Assembly: GCA_965655095.1 (NCBI GenBank)
Contig: OZ296648.1
Coordinates: 196,602,001-196,666,000, forward strand
Reading direction: 5' to 3'
Length of the DNA: 64,000 nucleotides
Origin: Haplodiscus bocki
Taxonomy: Eukaryota
Shown: positions 1 through 12,992 of the stretch, piece by piece
How the letters are laid out: the number at the start of each line of letters is the position of its first letter
How positions within the stretch are numbered: the stretch's first letter is position 1
Translations under genes and position numbers: made by a program
The notes under the pieces: generated by a model
Told to the model about the DNA's origin: nothing
The model's database searches: none
Seen by the model: only the letters and a program-made list of their open reading frames with translations

Positions 1-1899
1 TCGAAGTTAATGTTGAAGTGTTTTTCAGGGGTATTTCGCAGAATGTTCTGCCAAGTGTGAACCTGTAATGACAGTGAGATATTGACGGCGTTCGTTGACA
101 CCACCCGGAAAAACTTTCATTGCTGCAGACAACGAACTGGAATCAAATACATTCTTTAGGGGTGCTGCTGGTCTCGACAACTGAAACACACTTGCAAGTG
201 TTATACGATGGACAGCACAGGGTTATAGACCTTACAACACACTGCAAAAACAGGAGGGAACCCAAATAACAGAAGAGGAAAGAATTGTCACACTCAAGTG
301 AAGCCGTCGGTACAAAGACAAGAGAGGCGGGAAAGATCTTATGTGCCGTAGCTCGAGAGCAGCTCCAACTGAGGATACTCAAGGCGCCCCTGATGTGCGC
401 GAAACCCATCGGGTGCGCTAAGGGAGTTTCCCATCGCGCTATATTGCGGGCAGCGAAGAGTGTTTGGTAGAAGACAGCGCAGCCCCTCTAAGCCGTAACG
501 ATCGTAAACATGACTGAGATCTGGTGTGGTGAGGGTTCGCTTGGTCAGCGTGACGAAAGTCACCACGCCGGCTGTTTGAACCAGAGGGTCATTTGGCGTC
601 GGATATCTGTCCGATTGAAAACATTTTAGCAGCAAGTTAGCACGTCGGGGAAAAGTGGAGGTGTCAGCCTCTGGCGTACAGCAGAAGAAGTGATTTAATG
701 TGTCATCCAATTTGAGATATTGGTGGAAATCGGTGGGTAGAGTCAAAAGTAACTGTCGTAGAAGGCGCAGGATGGCCACAGAGCTCGACGTTTTGTGTGT
801 TAGTTGGATTCGTAACGAGTCGATCGTTTCGAGTTGTTCTATTGATTGGCTCGTGATTTCATTCTGCGTCTAATTAAGGTCCTGAAGACAGGACCAGGGA
901 TGCTCCACTTCAGCAGTCAGTGCCGCAACTTGAGATTGCAGAGAAGTTTTTGCTTGCTCTGCGGTATGAAGCTGTAGCTGCGACTTTTGGAGCTGTTTGC
1001 AAGCTTCGGAAACAGCCTGTTCTAGATCGTCAACGGAAGAGTAATCCGTCATCATGGAAACCCACCCATCCATTGCATCATGTTAAGGCCAGTCTACTTC
1101 AAAATCTGTGTCGGAAAAGTCCGGAAGAATTTGAAGAGGTGTTGGTTTGGGGCAAAACCCGTTTGCCGTAAGCAGCTTGGCCGTAACCGCAGCCTCAAAG
1201 TTGGCAGGAGGTGGCAACCAGACTTGTTTTAGTGAATGCCTGACAAAACATTCACGACAGTCGAGTTTTTGGAGCTCAACGTCGCCCTCCTGAGAGAAGA
1301 TCTTTGTGAACATGTACTGTATATCTACAACAAAGAATAGGTGGTCGTTGATTGCAACAGAACGTATCCGGCCTGAGCTGGCCAATACATGCAATTACTG
1401 TTCAGGTTGTTGAAAAAAAAGGAAGTAGGACCTAAAAAAAAACAAATATTACCACTCGATCACATTGATTTGAAAAAACGGAATTTAAGGGGGCGAGCAG
1501 GAAGACGCCAACGGAAACAGAAGATTCTTATAGATAACTCGGAAACGTGTTTGCAGAGCTGAACAACTGAAAAGAAAAGGCACGGAAACACGCCAACTGT
1601 AAAAACTGAGACTGACTGCTGAGAAGAGACGCGGAAACGCCATCTCTGTTCAATGTAGTTGGAAGATAATACGCTCAGTGAAGAGGTGATTGATAGAAGT
1701 GCAAATGTACAGTGAAAGAGTTGGAAAAGATTTAGTTGGATGGTGCACTGTAGATTGGGGCGCTGCTTAAAGTATTAGCACTTTGTGGAACGTTAGTGGA
1801 AGAGATGGAAACGGTGGAAGTTGTTGGGAGGTTAATAGTAGGGTCGTTAGTAATGTTTATGGTTCTAGCAGTAGTGAGTCAAGTGTTTACAGTAAAACG

Positions 1900-4800
1900 G
1901 TGAAGTGCTTCTTTCGCAAGAGCCTTTACAGCCATGAACATGGGTACTGACACATACAGAAAGGGTGTATTAGACGCAGTAGTCTGAGAATTTTCCAGAA
2001 TGAGAAGAAAACGACCAAATGTCCCACAGAAGAATCGTTGTGGAAGTGCAAACAGATAACTCCTTTGTCGACAGAAAGGTGTGAAGTTTGGGAGTTCGGC
2101 CTATTCAAGGCGCACGGTGGTCACAATGGACAGGTGTGCTCCAGCAAAAGATTAAGATTGTTGTTTGTGTGAAACTTTAAGGACTTGCTTGAATAGTTAA
2201 TCAAGGGACGGGGTGAGTTCGATCATAGCGAACAATGGTTCTTGGTTGTTCTTACAGACATCGATGTCAGGAACCAATTCAAGGTCCCCATCATTGAAAG
2301 AAAGTGTGGAAATTGAAAAGCCTGCAGCACCACTATCGTCCCTCATTTAGAAATTGGAATCTCGTGATAAAAAATGATACATTCCGTCGGTTGAAAAAAT
2401 GCTTGAAGTTAATCAAACAGAAAAACAGACTCCATTTTACAGCTTCTCAAAGATGGAATAGCGTATTAATAAAACAATGAAGGTAAACAAAGAAGTATAC
2501 TGTCTGTAGTTCTCGAAAAACCCTGCCTGCAAAATCTGATACAGTTTTTACGTGAAGGTTGTTCAAAATATGACGAGTCTAATTCAGCGAAAGTTTATTA
2601 TCGGTGGAAACAGAGAGCGGTGTTTAGTCAAATGGTACAACGAAGCAGTATCGCCGTCATCGTTAGATTGATAAAGAGCAGGAATGCCTGAAAACGGTTG
2701 AAAGTTTTTTTTACCTCATAGGAATCCCAACGTCAAAAAGACGCCCCGTGAAAGAAGAGAAAAATCCAGAACCGTCTGGATTTGGTATCAAATGGCTTCT
2801 CGGCCTGCATGAACCGCTAGAGAGAATTTACTCCCTCGGAATTTTTCATCGCTGACGAGCTTACTTAATTTTGTGGGCAACTGAGAAGGAAGTAATATCT
2901 GAAGAGTAACACAACCAGCAGCAGGTGACCAGATTGTAGAGAAGAGTGCAAGTTTAAATGAGTAAAAAGTCGCTCTGGAGGAATTGATGTGTGTATAGAA
3001 GGTTCCCAGTTGGTCCATATAGTCTCTGACCTGTTGCATGAAGATCATGCTTCGTATAAAATATATTACACTCTTACAGGTTTGAAATGACGCCTTTGAT
3101 CTCCATTAAATGTTTTTCCAGTAACTACAATTGCTTATCGACGACTTCTGTTACTTTCTCACCCCTATCCTGTGTTTCTTTCATTTCTTTTCCAAGGAAG
3201 AAGTTTTCAATGTTCTTTGTTTGTATTCGTCTCAAAACGTCGTGAAACTGCTGTTGCGTTGCCATGATTGTTCCAACATTCTTCTCAAAGTCTTTCTTGT
3301 TAGTGCAAAGACCGAAAATGGAGAGCACTGAACATGCATCGCCTTTGGCAATGCTCCCAGCAACAAATATGCGGCTCCAGAGACCGCTGCAATGAGAACC
3401 GCTGCTCGTTGATGACGTGAAGGCTCATTAAGCTCAATGGTGGGCGTTATGAAGGAAGCGGCCGTCCCCTGTAACTGTTCCTGGTCATTTTGAGTGACGT
3501 CAAATTCCTTTTTCCGTCACAGCAAATTTATCGTCGAGCTGGTCGGAAAATTGTTTGTACAGTTTTGGCATTAGTTCTGTCTGGCAGCGTTTAACTATAT
3601 TCATACTATCCAGTGAGTCGGAATGGCCTCGTATCTCAGGAAATATGTACGTGTCTGTCAACGGTATCCTCTTTGGTCTCCTGGGAAAAAGGGAAAACAC
3701 ACGAACCTTACTCTCACTTTCTGGCGTCATAGCTTGGTATTTGAAAACAAACGATGCACCTTTTTCGTAGAGTGGCTTGTCCAGTGCATCGATCGAGTGG
3801 GTGGTGAAATGAACATCAACGAAAAAAAATTTCTTAAGAGTGAGTTTTACAACCATCTGAAGATTGCGTGTTGACATCTTTGGCGTGTTGCGTGTCCTGG
3901 AGAAGCAAGAGCTCGGTAATCGCGAGGCGTTAGGCATTGCTTGTTTAGAAGAAATGCCTCGAGGTTGCTGCAATCACACATAAAAATACGAAATTTAGGG
4001 AAGACGGGGAAGTTGTTTGGAAGGAAGGTGCTTCATCTACGAACGGTCTAGGTGGTGCTGACGGCAATCGCTCGCCGAAATGTGTGCCCCAATGGCTAGA
4101 CGTCAGAGTGGAGCTTTTCCTTAGAAATGTTCTAGAGAGGGGCGATTTACCACAGGATGACAAAGAACAGGCTGGGATAATCCAAGACTTGAAAAAATCG
4201 TTAAAGGAGGGAGGGTCGAAGGTGTTGGTGGAAACTCCAGTGGCAAGGATCGCTGAGAGAAGATGTAGGCGTAGCGATGGGGTTTGGACGGGAAGAAGAC
4301 ACAGGACGGGCAGAAATCGGATATCAAGCCGTTGGAAAGATCTTACACTCACAATGGGATTGGTCAAAAGGTTGAGGTTGTTTAGTAATTGGAACACTTT
4401 TGAGAATTGAGTTAGGCTTGGGGATTAGCGATGGAGGAGCTGTGACTCCTTGACACCTTGTGAGTCGAACGTAATGAACAATGAGTTGCTTCTCGTTTCG
4501 TTTTCCTTCAAGTTTGTAATGGATGCCATTGAGACAATTAATGGTGCAGTGAGGGCCTGTCCATTGACTGGACAGTTTGAAGCTGAAACCCGGCGGTTTA
4601 TGTGGGGATTGAAGAACGCAAACACCCTCTTTGTACACTGGTCCAAGAATATTATGATTATACAAAGCACTTCTTCGAAGCTGTTGAGCAGTGGTGTTTC
4701 CCCGGACTAGCTTAAACGCTTTGCGAATGGCATTCTGAAGTTCCAAAACCTGCTTTGTACAAAGAGTGGCTCACGCTGCCCGGGAGGTATGTACATAAAG

Positions 4801-6710
4801 TTAAGTGGCAAAACATTTCATGTCCAAACACAAAAAACAGTTATGAATCTTGTGGATTCGGAGACCGACAAGCGGTGAGCCATTAAAACAAACAGTGCTC
4901 ATGTGGACCAATCCGATTGATCCCCATCTATCCATTTCGACAACATGTTCAACCTTGTTCGATTCCTTTGTTCAAAAACAGCGTTGGATTGAGGATGGAA
5001 GGACGTAGTCCTTGTTTTGTCGATTTCTGATTGCATTAAGTGTTGGAAAACATCAGACTTGAAATTTCTACCTTGGTCCGTATGTATGCCATGAGAGCAT
5101 CCAAAGCGACAAAACCAGTGGTTGAAAAGAGCGTTGGCAGTGGTTTCAGGTGTTTGATCAGTCAGTAGAAAAACTTCGTTCCGCTTGGTGAAGTGATCAC
5201 GGAATAAAAAAATATTTTGACAGTTGTTTGATATCGGAAGAGATCAAGAAAATTCAAGCCAATGTCATGGAACATCACTTAAGTTTTGAAAATTAAACCC
5301 GAAAAGTTTGTTGGGCTCACCGTATCCTTTCTTTGTAGGTACAAAAAGCCGTTACCTGGCGGTTTCCAAAAAAAGTATTGTATTGACGGTCGTCCTCTTG
5401 ATAACGGGGCATCAAGCGTTCTCCAACTTCTACTCAAATGGTCTGTTGCATTTTGAAGTGCTCTGGGAAGAGGATGACGAGATGTTATTGAAACGTCGCA
5501 AGCACCGATTACTACAAGTGTTCCAAGAACTTTCGGGTTCACTCACCAGAAATCACCCAATCTGGTGGAAAATGCTGTGGAGTGTACGGCTGTTGATGTT
5601 CCACTGAGATGAGGAAGTACACTTGGTAACAGTCTCTATCTCGCGTGAATGATAGTTACAATGTAATTCTTCGAGGTTCTGTTGTAACAGGAATTTTGAG
5701 TTGTTTGGGGTAAAAAATGGGTTATTTTGGATTTGATGTTTTACAGGAATACGAGATTGAGTTATTTGAAAGCGATAACAGGCGATAATCAATGGCTTTT
5801 TTGGCGCGTTTGGTATTGGTGACACAAATAGAGTGAATGTTCCCATCAACCGAAAAATTGGGTATACTTGAAGTTACGATCGCTCACTGTTGCTTGTCGA
5901 AGTGGTGAGTTAACTCAAAACCTTCAAACTGTCTTGAAAGGATGGTTTCCGAAGCTATCGGGTGCAGTCGGATTTTGGTTTGGTATGAGAAGTGAAAATC
6001 AAGCGCTACTTTGACTGACTTTCTAAAAACAATCACGCCGCTAAGCTGTCTTTTCTTGTTCGCACTTCTAATTTTTCTGAGTTTGCTGTGGAAAAAACCT
6101 GCAAACTTTTTCGAGATGAGTCAGCCAAAACCATGCAGAAAACCAATGCGAGTACGCAAAACGGGAAAATCAACTCTGAACATACCTAACTCGAGTCCAA
6201 ACATAGACCCGACCATTCGGTTTGTGAGTACTGGGGAAGCGGATCGCTTTGTGAGGTACGGTTCAAAACGTGAAAGGGTAGTTGGTTAACATGGTTAGTA
6301 AACACTGTGCAAGATAAGGCGTAAATTAGAAGCGAAAAAATCATAAGAAATTAGAGAGACCAAAAGTCCGCTGATGGACTGGAGAGGATTCCAAATCGAG
6401 ACAACGTTAATGATTATTAGCCACTTCAAATTTTTTCTACATTTGGTTTGTAGTCAGCTATACTAGCCGTTTTGCAAAGAATATTTAACAAAGAGTGCCT
6501 ATTTGCCCGTGTTTAGTCAATTTTATTAGCCTATGGACCAACCTATCTGCCGTCTACAGTGGTTTTTTTGCTTGGGAGCACCACTTGCGTTAGCGCGACA
6601 CAAGTATAGGGAAGGTCTTGAGGCAGTTTGGAAAACTTGAAAAATATGGAAGTCACTCTATAATAAGGGTTTTACCTAAAACAAACCTCAGTAATCCCAC
6701 TCTTGTCACC
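1900..6710 (-). mobile_element. Degenerate, internally deleted Ty3/gypsy-like LTR retroelement with an env-like gene; boundaries approximate
   Basis: Minus-strand integrase remnants at ~4400-5500 (IHTDQGRNFKS, RTTSFHPQSN, KLSSQWTGPH GPY/F-like motif), followed by an env-like ORF. PBS-like TGGTGACAAGAGTGGGAT near 6694-6711 (minus). No LTR pair recognised; gag and RT not seen. Confidence 0.6.
1950..3870 (-). pseudogene. Envelope/class I fusion glycoprotein-like gene, frameshifted
   Basis: RHQR furin-like site (3406-3417) directly followed by hydrophobic AAVLIAAVSGAAYLLLG. After a frameshift comes a heptad-like helix (KKDFEKNVGTIMATQQQFHDVLRRIQ), then Cys-containing ectodomain fragments (ORFs 3125-3328, 2788-3048). 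Confidence 0.55.
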
Positions 6711-7449
6711 AATTTAACAACCATGACTTTGCTGTTAAACGCATGACAAAATTTTTTTTCATTTTTCGTTCGGATGCGTGGACGGTTGTTTATCAAGGTG
6801 AATTCACTGTACTTTTTTGGAACTGTTCTAGTTTAAAAATTGTTTTACATTTTTTATAGTTTCAAATAAAAGGCAAATATAAAAAAATGAAATAAAATTC
6901 TCACGTTTTCATGGGAGGAGAGTTGAGAATCGTTTTGTGACAATTGCGTGTTACTTTTCTTCGTGTATGTTGTGTGTGTTCTTGAAGACGATTCTGGGTG
7001 TTATGATGGGGTCTGTGTTATTTCTGGGTTACTTAGGGTTTCAAAATTGTGCCAAGTCGAAGGGCAAGTTTTTTTAGTATTTTGTGATCTAATATAAAGG
7101 GAATCAGGTAAAGAATATCCTGTTAAGAGATGCGTATTATATATTTTTGTAAAAGTATTGTGTATAAAATATTTTGACTCCACGTGTGTTCTGAAATGTC
7201 GGATGTTAAGTTCGTACTGTTTGTTTCAATAGTAGTACAAAACAATTGTATGTTCTTCGAAATTGTTTGTATGTTAAGTGGTTAGTCATTGTCTACTGGC
7301 GTTTTAAGAAGGAGACAGATTGTTTTGAAGATTAGGTTCTGCGCATTTTTGATTAAATAACAAATTTTCAATAAAAAACCAGTTTATTCAGTCTTTTAAC
7401 AGAGCTAATAATTAGGAGTTTGTTAATTAACAACGGCGACGACCACTAA

Positions 7450-8800
7450 TATTGTCTAGGAACGGCGGTGACGACCAAAGTAGAGTCAACCAAAATCTAC
7501 TATTTGAAAAGCTCAAACAACATTACTCCACATTGGGCAGAAATTCATTCAATAACCCAAAAGCTTCTGTTTTGTCTCGCGTTTTCTTTGCCGAACTTGC
7601 TGGGAGTTCTCTTCAACTACTAGAAAAATCCTGGAGTAACGATTTCATTGGCTCAGCCATTGAAACCAACTCTCATTCTGCAAAGTATTCTCGTCGACCC
7701 CCAAATGCAAACAATGTTTTACTTTTAGGATCACTTGATCATAAATTAAAGCTAATTCTACCTTAAACACTCTTCTGGTTCTCTGACGCAATGTTTAGAA
7801 AAACTCTTTAGATACCTTGCTTGCATTTTAACAGATGAAATGACTACTATTTCATGACTATTTTTTACAGCTTGTCTTTTGTAACATAAAAACATCAGCC
7901 ATGTTATTCCACAATATAACACATAATTATTTCACATTTGGTGCATGTAATTATAGTTCCTTCGATACCTTTTCACCATGTTTTTCATGAATTACACAAA
8001 TATCCTTCTGATTATGTTCAAAATCTTTCAAAAGCATTTAAATTGATTAACTCACATTTCTCGAAATTTTCTAGGGACACGTCTATAGATAATAACAAAA
8101 TCAATTATGACCGAAGTGCATATCATTAATCACGTTTCCGCAAACATCACAAAATTGCCCTTAAACACCCTTATCTGGACCAGTTAAAATTTAAATAATC
8201 AAAAGTCCAAGCTCAAATATCTTCGTCGGAAACAATTGACACTAACATTGATCAATCAAATTCTCACTTTTCCACAAATCCGCTATCTACAAATAGGCCG
8301 TGCCAAAATTGTGCCAACCTATTCCCGAACAAATGTCTTCAAAAATACGAATTAAATAACAGTACCTGGCAGTATTTTCAATTGATGTAGGGTCACCGTT
8401 CATTCAAAGTAGAAATTATTCGCAATTAATACTTTAGCTTTCGCAAACAAAAGTCTATACTTCGCTGTTGCAGGATTTGGAATCAACATCTCAATACATT
8501 CAAAAAATTGAAATGGAAAACTTATCCAAAACTTCGTACAAATTATTTAAACAAATTTATATATGTTCAATCAGGAGAGGTGTTTGAAATTTTAATTACA
8601 CATTTAGGTACTGAAGAAGTTAACAATAATAGAAATAACCCGAATCCAGACACTTCTGAACTCTTAGTTAATATTACAAGAATGTGAAGCAATTCCAGCA
8701 TCGCTAGAGTCTATCCAACCTACATATGCTATTGTTTAAAAAACGTCTTACTCCAACTGAAATAAAAACCTGACTTGATGAGATATCCTAAGTCTTTAAC
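7450..8800 (+). mobile_element. Possible very old Penelope-like/non-LTR RT remnant
   Basis: Short fragments NYDRSAYH and SIDVGSPFIQSRNYSQLIL resemble the RPIxxxxGSPxxxxAxYLxxIL segment of Penelope RTs. Heavily decayed. Confidence 0.25.
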
Positions 8801-9224
8801 ATGTTGAAAACTGTCCTCATTTAGTACTATTTCTCTATTCGCTTTCAGTGTGCAATGTTATTGGAACTTTCACACGCAGGTGAGTTTTTCCACTGTAGTG
8901 GGCGTTTGTTCCTGGAAAAAAAACGAAAGAGCTTGTGCAATACTTGAAACATAAGATTTCTGAGATCTGCATGTACAAGTTAATTGAATTACAAAATAAA
9001 GCATTCTCTCTCATATAAATATATCTATTTTACAAAGTAAACAAAGTGTTAACGCTATCATTAGAGACAAATGAAAAAAAAATGTTTTTTCATCGACGTA
9101 GCTCAGGGGTACAGATAAATGCTTTGTTTACAGAGAAAGTCATGACAATTTATTACGATTGATAAAACTTGTTTGCATGTTCAGGTGGTTTTCAGGTTAG
9201 CCCCGCTTGAAGTCCCAGAGATAT

Positions 9225-9440
9225 TCAGCGCAGAACAGCGCTTTCTCACATATTTGACGTTTTTCAGCGCTGTTCAGCTCTGATTCTCTCTGGATCAGGT
9301 CTGTCTAGAACTGAATAAGTCAGCGTTGTTTCAGAAAAAATCATGTCTGAGTCAATGCTGTTCAGCGCTTATTTTCTTAGCTCTGAAATCCTGGGTTTTC
9401 AGCGCTGAACAACGCTGATTTACTCTGAATCAGCTCGATT
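9225..9440. repeat. Cluster of (T)TCAGCGCTG(A)-like palindromic motifs, probably subterminal repeats of a DNA transposon
   Basis: Repeated cagcgc/cagcgctg/cagctctg variants, e.g. ttttcagcgctg near 9261 and 9396. Confidence 0.45.
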
Positions 9441-9972
9441 ATTAAGTGTTCCTAGATGAAAACAATAATGCTGGAAGATCCTTCTTTTTCCATTCTCTTT
9501 AATGCAATTCGCCCATGTTTTGGCGAAAACGCCGTTCACTTTCTAGTAAAACGCCTTTGTACTAACAGGGGCTGCTGTAAACCCCTCTAGCGTTCCGGTT
9601 TACCGCCGTTAGCGCTGAAACACGAAGAAAAGCAAAGCGCGTCAGAAAAAACTTGAATATGAGACAGCGTATATACTTCATCATGCGACTATTTTAGGTC
9701 ACCAACGTTCCTATATGTCCCTGAACTTCTGCAAGAAGAATGATACATCTGACGTCAATGATGCATGAATCCTTAATGAAACATCGATGTTTAGAAACAT
9801 TATGCCTTGTAATCATTTATGACCGTCGATATCTTCTCCAACGAAATTATCAATGTTTCCTCAATGTTACATCGAAATTGCATCGTTGTCATTTTAATGA
9901 ACAGGTCATTTTAGGACGACCTAGATAATTTCAATGTCTTCTCAACTGGGGGCTGTGTAATTCTCCTCGCTC

Positions 9973-10497
9973 TCAAGAGTACAAAAACTTGAAGGAAGGT
10001 GCAAATATTTCGGGTGTTTCTGGCGACAGGAAAACAGGGTCACTTGAATGCCTGGAATGTGAAACATATGCAGTGGCTGTCACAGGAGATAATGACAAAA
10101 GTTGTTTTTCACATGTTTTCAAAGCCCCGCCAAATCCCCCCAAAGCATTATGTTGATGAGGGGGGCTCATATTGGAAGCGACGGCCGCCGCATCACTACA
10201 TAGTTGCAACTCCGCGTTTATTTTCTGCAGAAATATCTCCAGGTTTCTTTCGCGTTCCTCAAACACGTCCTCGGCGCGGTCGGACCCTTCATCTGCTTCA
10301 AAGCCATCCAGAGTGTCCTCTTCAGAAGAGTTGATGGTGTTGGTATTATGGTGCTTCCCTCTCTGTTGTTGCTCGGAATGGTATTGTTTCCCCTGTCTCC
10401 TGAAGGTAGTGGTGTTAGAAGAGGAAGTAAGGGGGGATCCACAGCCCCCGCCACTTTCTTCCATCAGTTCTATCGCATGAAAATGAGCAAAGTCGAC
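9973..10497 (-). CDS. Putative terminal coding exon of the host DLK/LZK-like MAP3K (low-complexity tail)
   Basis: Acceptor ttttaattttgttccag|GTC at 10498. Phase 0 matches the donor at 36985. Open, composition-biased 174-codon frame ending in TGA. Confidence 0.6.
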   Translation of the reverse strand, partial: VDFAHFHAIELMEESGGGCGSPLTSSSNTTTFRRQGKQYHSEQQQRGKHHNTNTINSSEEDTLDGFEADEGSDRAEDVFEERERNLEIFLQKINAELQLCSDAAAVASNMSPPHQHNALGGFGGALKTCEKQLLSLSPVTATAYVSHSRHSSDPVFLSPETPEIFAPSFKFLYS

Positions 10498-11186
10498 CTG
10501 GAACAAAATTAAAAGTTTTCCAATTTGGTTTTAGTTGAGATTCAGAAAAATGTTTAGCGCAACAATTATCGTAATCAGTTACGGAGAGAAGTTATTATCT
10601 CTAATGTTTACTGTTAGCGTATGAGATGGGTTGCAATCAATAAGGAACATTTATTTTTAACTAAAACAACCATTAACGGCGTAACGGCGCTTAACCGGAA
10701 AAATATCGGCGTTAACAGCGGTCAAATTAGCCACAGAAGCCGTTAGTAACCGGAAAAATAGCGGCGTATTCTTAAAAAAGTTCGACCCGGGAGTTTCTCG
10801 CCAAGATCAAGAGATTTTTTGGATTATCTCCCAATTCTTGCCAAAATTTTATATTTTTTGATCACATTAAGATTCTCGCTAATAAATCCAAGATTTTTCT
10901 TGCATTTCTTGGCAAGAGCAATAGGCTAAATTATGTGCAGACACTTTGTAATCTCGCAATAATTGTAATGGCAACGCCGATTTTTGACGTTTCAACGCTT
11001 GACAAATTCGACTTTGGGTCAAAAAATTGAAGTGGTCGCACCTCAACTTTCACAACATGCTGGGCAAGCAAGAGAGCAACCCAAGATCATTAAGGAAGCA
11101 AAACAGAAACCCGTGTTTCCTTTCAAACGACCGACCCCCCCCCCCCCATCATTGACAGCAGATATAGTGGAAAACTCATAGTCCTG

Positions 11187-12992
11187 TGTCGTACTGAGGC
11201 ATGGCCGTACCAGAAGTGGTACCAAGCTCAGTCCTGGGGTAGGAATTCGGATGCCTTGACGTAGACATTCCTTGTACCAGCCGAGTCAACTCCTCTAGTT
11301 GGCGGGTCAGAGGAGCAAAAAACACTGTAATCTGTTCGTTGACGGCCTCTTGTGTCAACGTTTGGATCTCCGGATTTTCTTCTTCGACATTTTCCGATGA
11401 AGTTCTGTTCGTGATTTCCTCGGTACTACCGTGATGGCTCATTTCGCGTTCGTCTGACGTTTGATAGCGTTTTCCGTTTCTAAGTTCTCTGTAGTCGATG
11501 GAATGAAGCATTCAAGACTTGAATTTTATTTCAGTATTTTCGTTATTTCAGTGGTTTTACAAAAGTAATGGTATTTTAGCGAGTTTTACAAAACTATTGA
11601 TGAAAAGCGATGAAATTTAAAATATTCGAAAACTGGTCTGGGTCACAATATTAGCACTTTCTCAACACGTAGTAATCCAGGCAAGCGCGAGCGGTGTTAC
11701 TGATTGCGCCCAGTTTTTGTCGGTGCTCGCTGGATTCGCGTGGTCACGTGCCCGATAGTAAGACTAATTCTTACCATCGGAGTTTTCTCATTGGTTCATT
11801 TGCAATATCAGTAATTAACTAATTAAGGTGTGAAACGCAAATCCGCCGCAACCGTGAAGGCTACAAGCACATAGCACGACAATTTTGCAAACTTGTTGTA
11901 ATAGATCTGCATAAATTAAATATGGCGTAATATAACAAATCAAATACGTAAAATAACTAAATCAAATAAAAATTAGAGAATCAGTACAATTCTCACAATA
12001 TCTATAAGGTCACAATAGTAAATCTGCGTCGAGAACAAGCTATTTGATTTTTCATCGGAATTCATCATTTCGTCTATATTTATCCCTTTTGTCCGTATTT
12101 TAAAGTCAGCAAGGTCTTATGTTCGATGAATTCCGATATTATTTGCTAAGGTGAGTATCATAGCTCTATAAATCGTTAAGTTAGGTTAATATTGCATTAG
12201 TTCGATGAATAACGATGAAATTAAATACTGTCAGCACATACTGTTATTGATAAGTCACGATGAGTCACGGTTTTCATCCTGTCGATGAAAACGGATTTAC
12301 TTTTACACAGTCTGTCAGTTTAAATGAGAGGTTTTCATCATTCGGATGAAAACCGATGCATTTTAAATTGTTGTTAAATGTCACAGTAGGAGGTTTACAC
12401 GGGTCGGATGTAAACCGATGAAATTTGTTTTGTCCATTAAATCATTCTGTTCCTACTTATAGGCTTGTACAATATCAGTAGTTATTCTCTGATCTGTCGA
12501 ATTCAACTTACTATGCGTCTTGTTTAGAACGAATTAGCGGGAAACATCGTTCAGATGTTTTCCGATGAAAAATGCATTCCGGCTCTTTTTCTTATCCTAT
12601 TAGTCTCGCCACTACAGAGGGCACTTGTAGTGGCTTAGAGTATTCCGATTGGAGCATTTCGGTGTCTTTTTTCCTAGTTCTAGCCTATTCTGAGCCTTCA
12701 TCGGAGTTTGTCATTATTTATCGGGTTGTTCCAGCACATTGTTTATGGATGGGTAGAGATGCTTTATATGCTCAGCGATACTTTCTACATATAACGTATT
12801 TTTGTTTACAAAGTACATAAATCTCTTTCATAGCTGGGGGAAGCGAAATATATAACATACTCGCGTTTATACCTTTTTGGTTACAGAAATGCATTAAGAT
12901 CTTAGTAATGATAATGTCTTCATACGTATGAAACATACCGTAAGTTTAGGGATATGTAGATAACTCATTATTTCCCTGATGTGGGCATGACA
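11187..12992 (-). mobile_element. Solo LTR (1806 bp) containing a gag-like ORF start
   Basis: Ends TGTCGTAC...GCATGACA (imperfect inverted TG..CA). 5-bp TSD TCCTG (11182-86)/TCTTG (12993-97). ORF 11511->11187 runs to the LTR edge. Confidence 0.65.
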
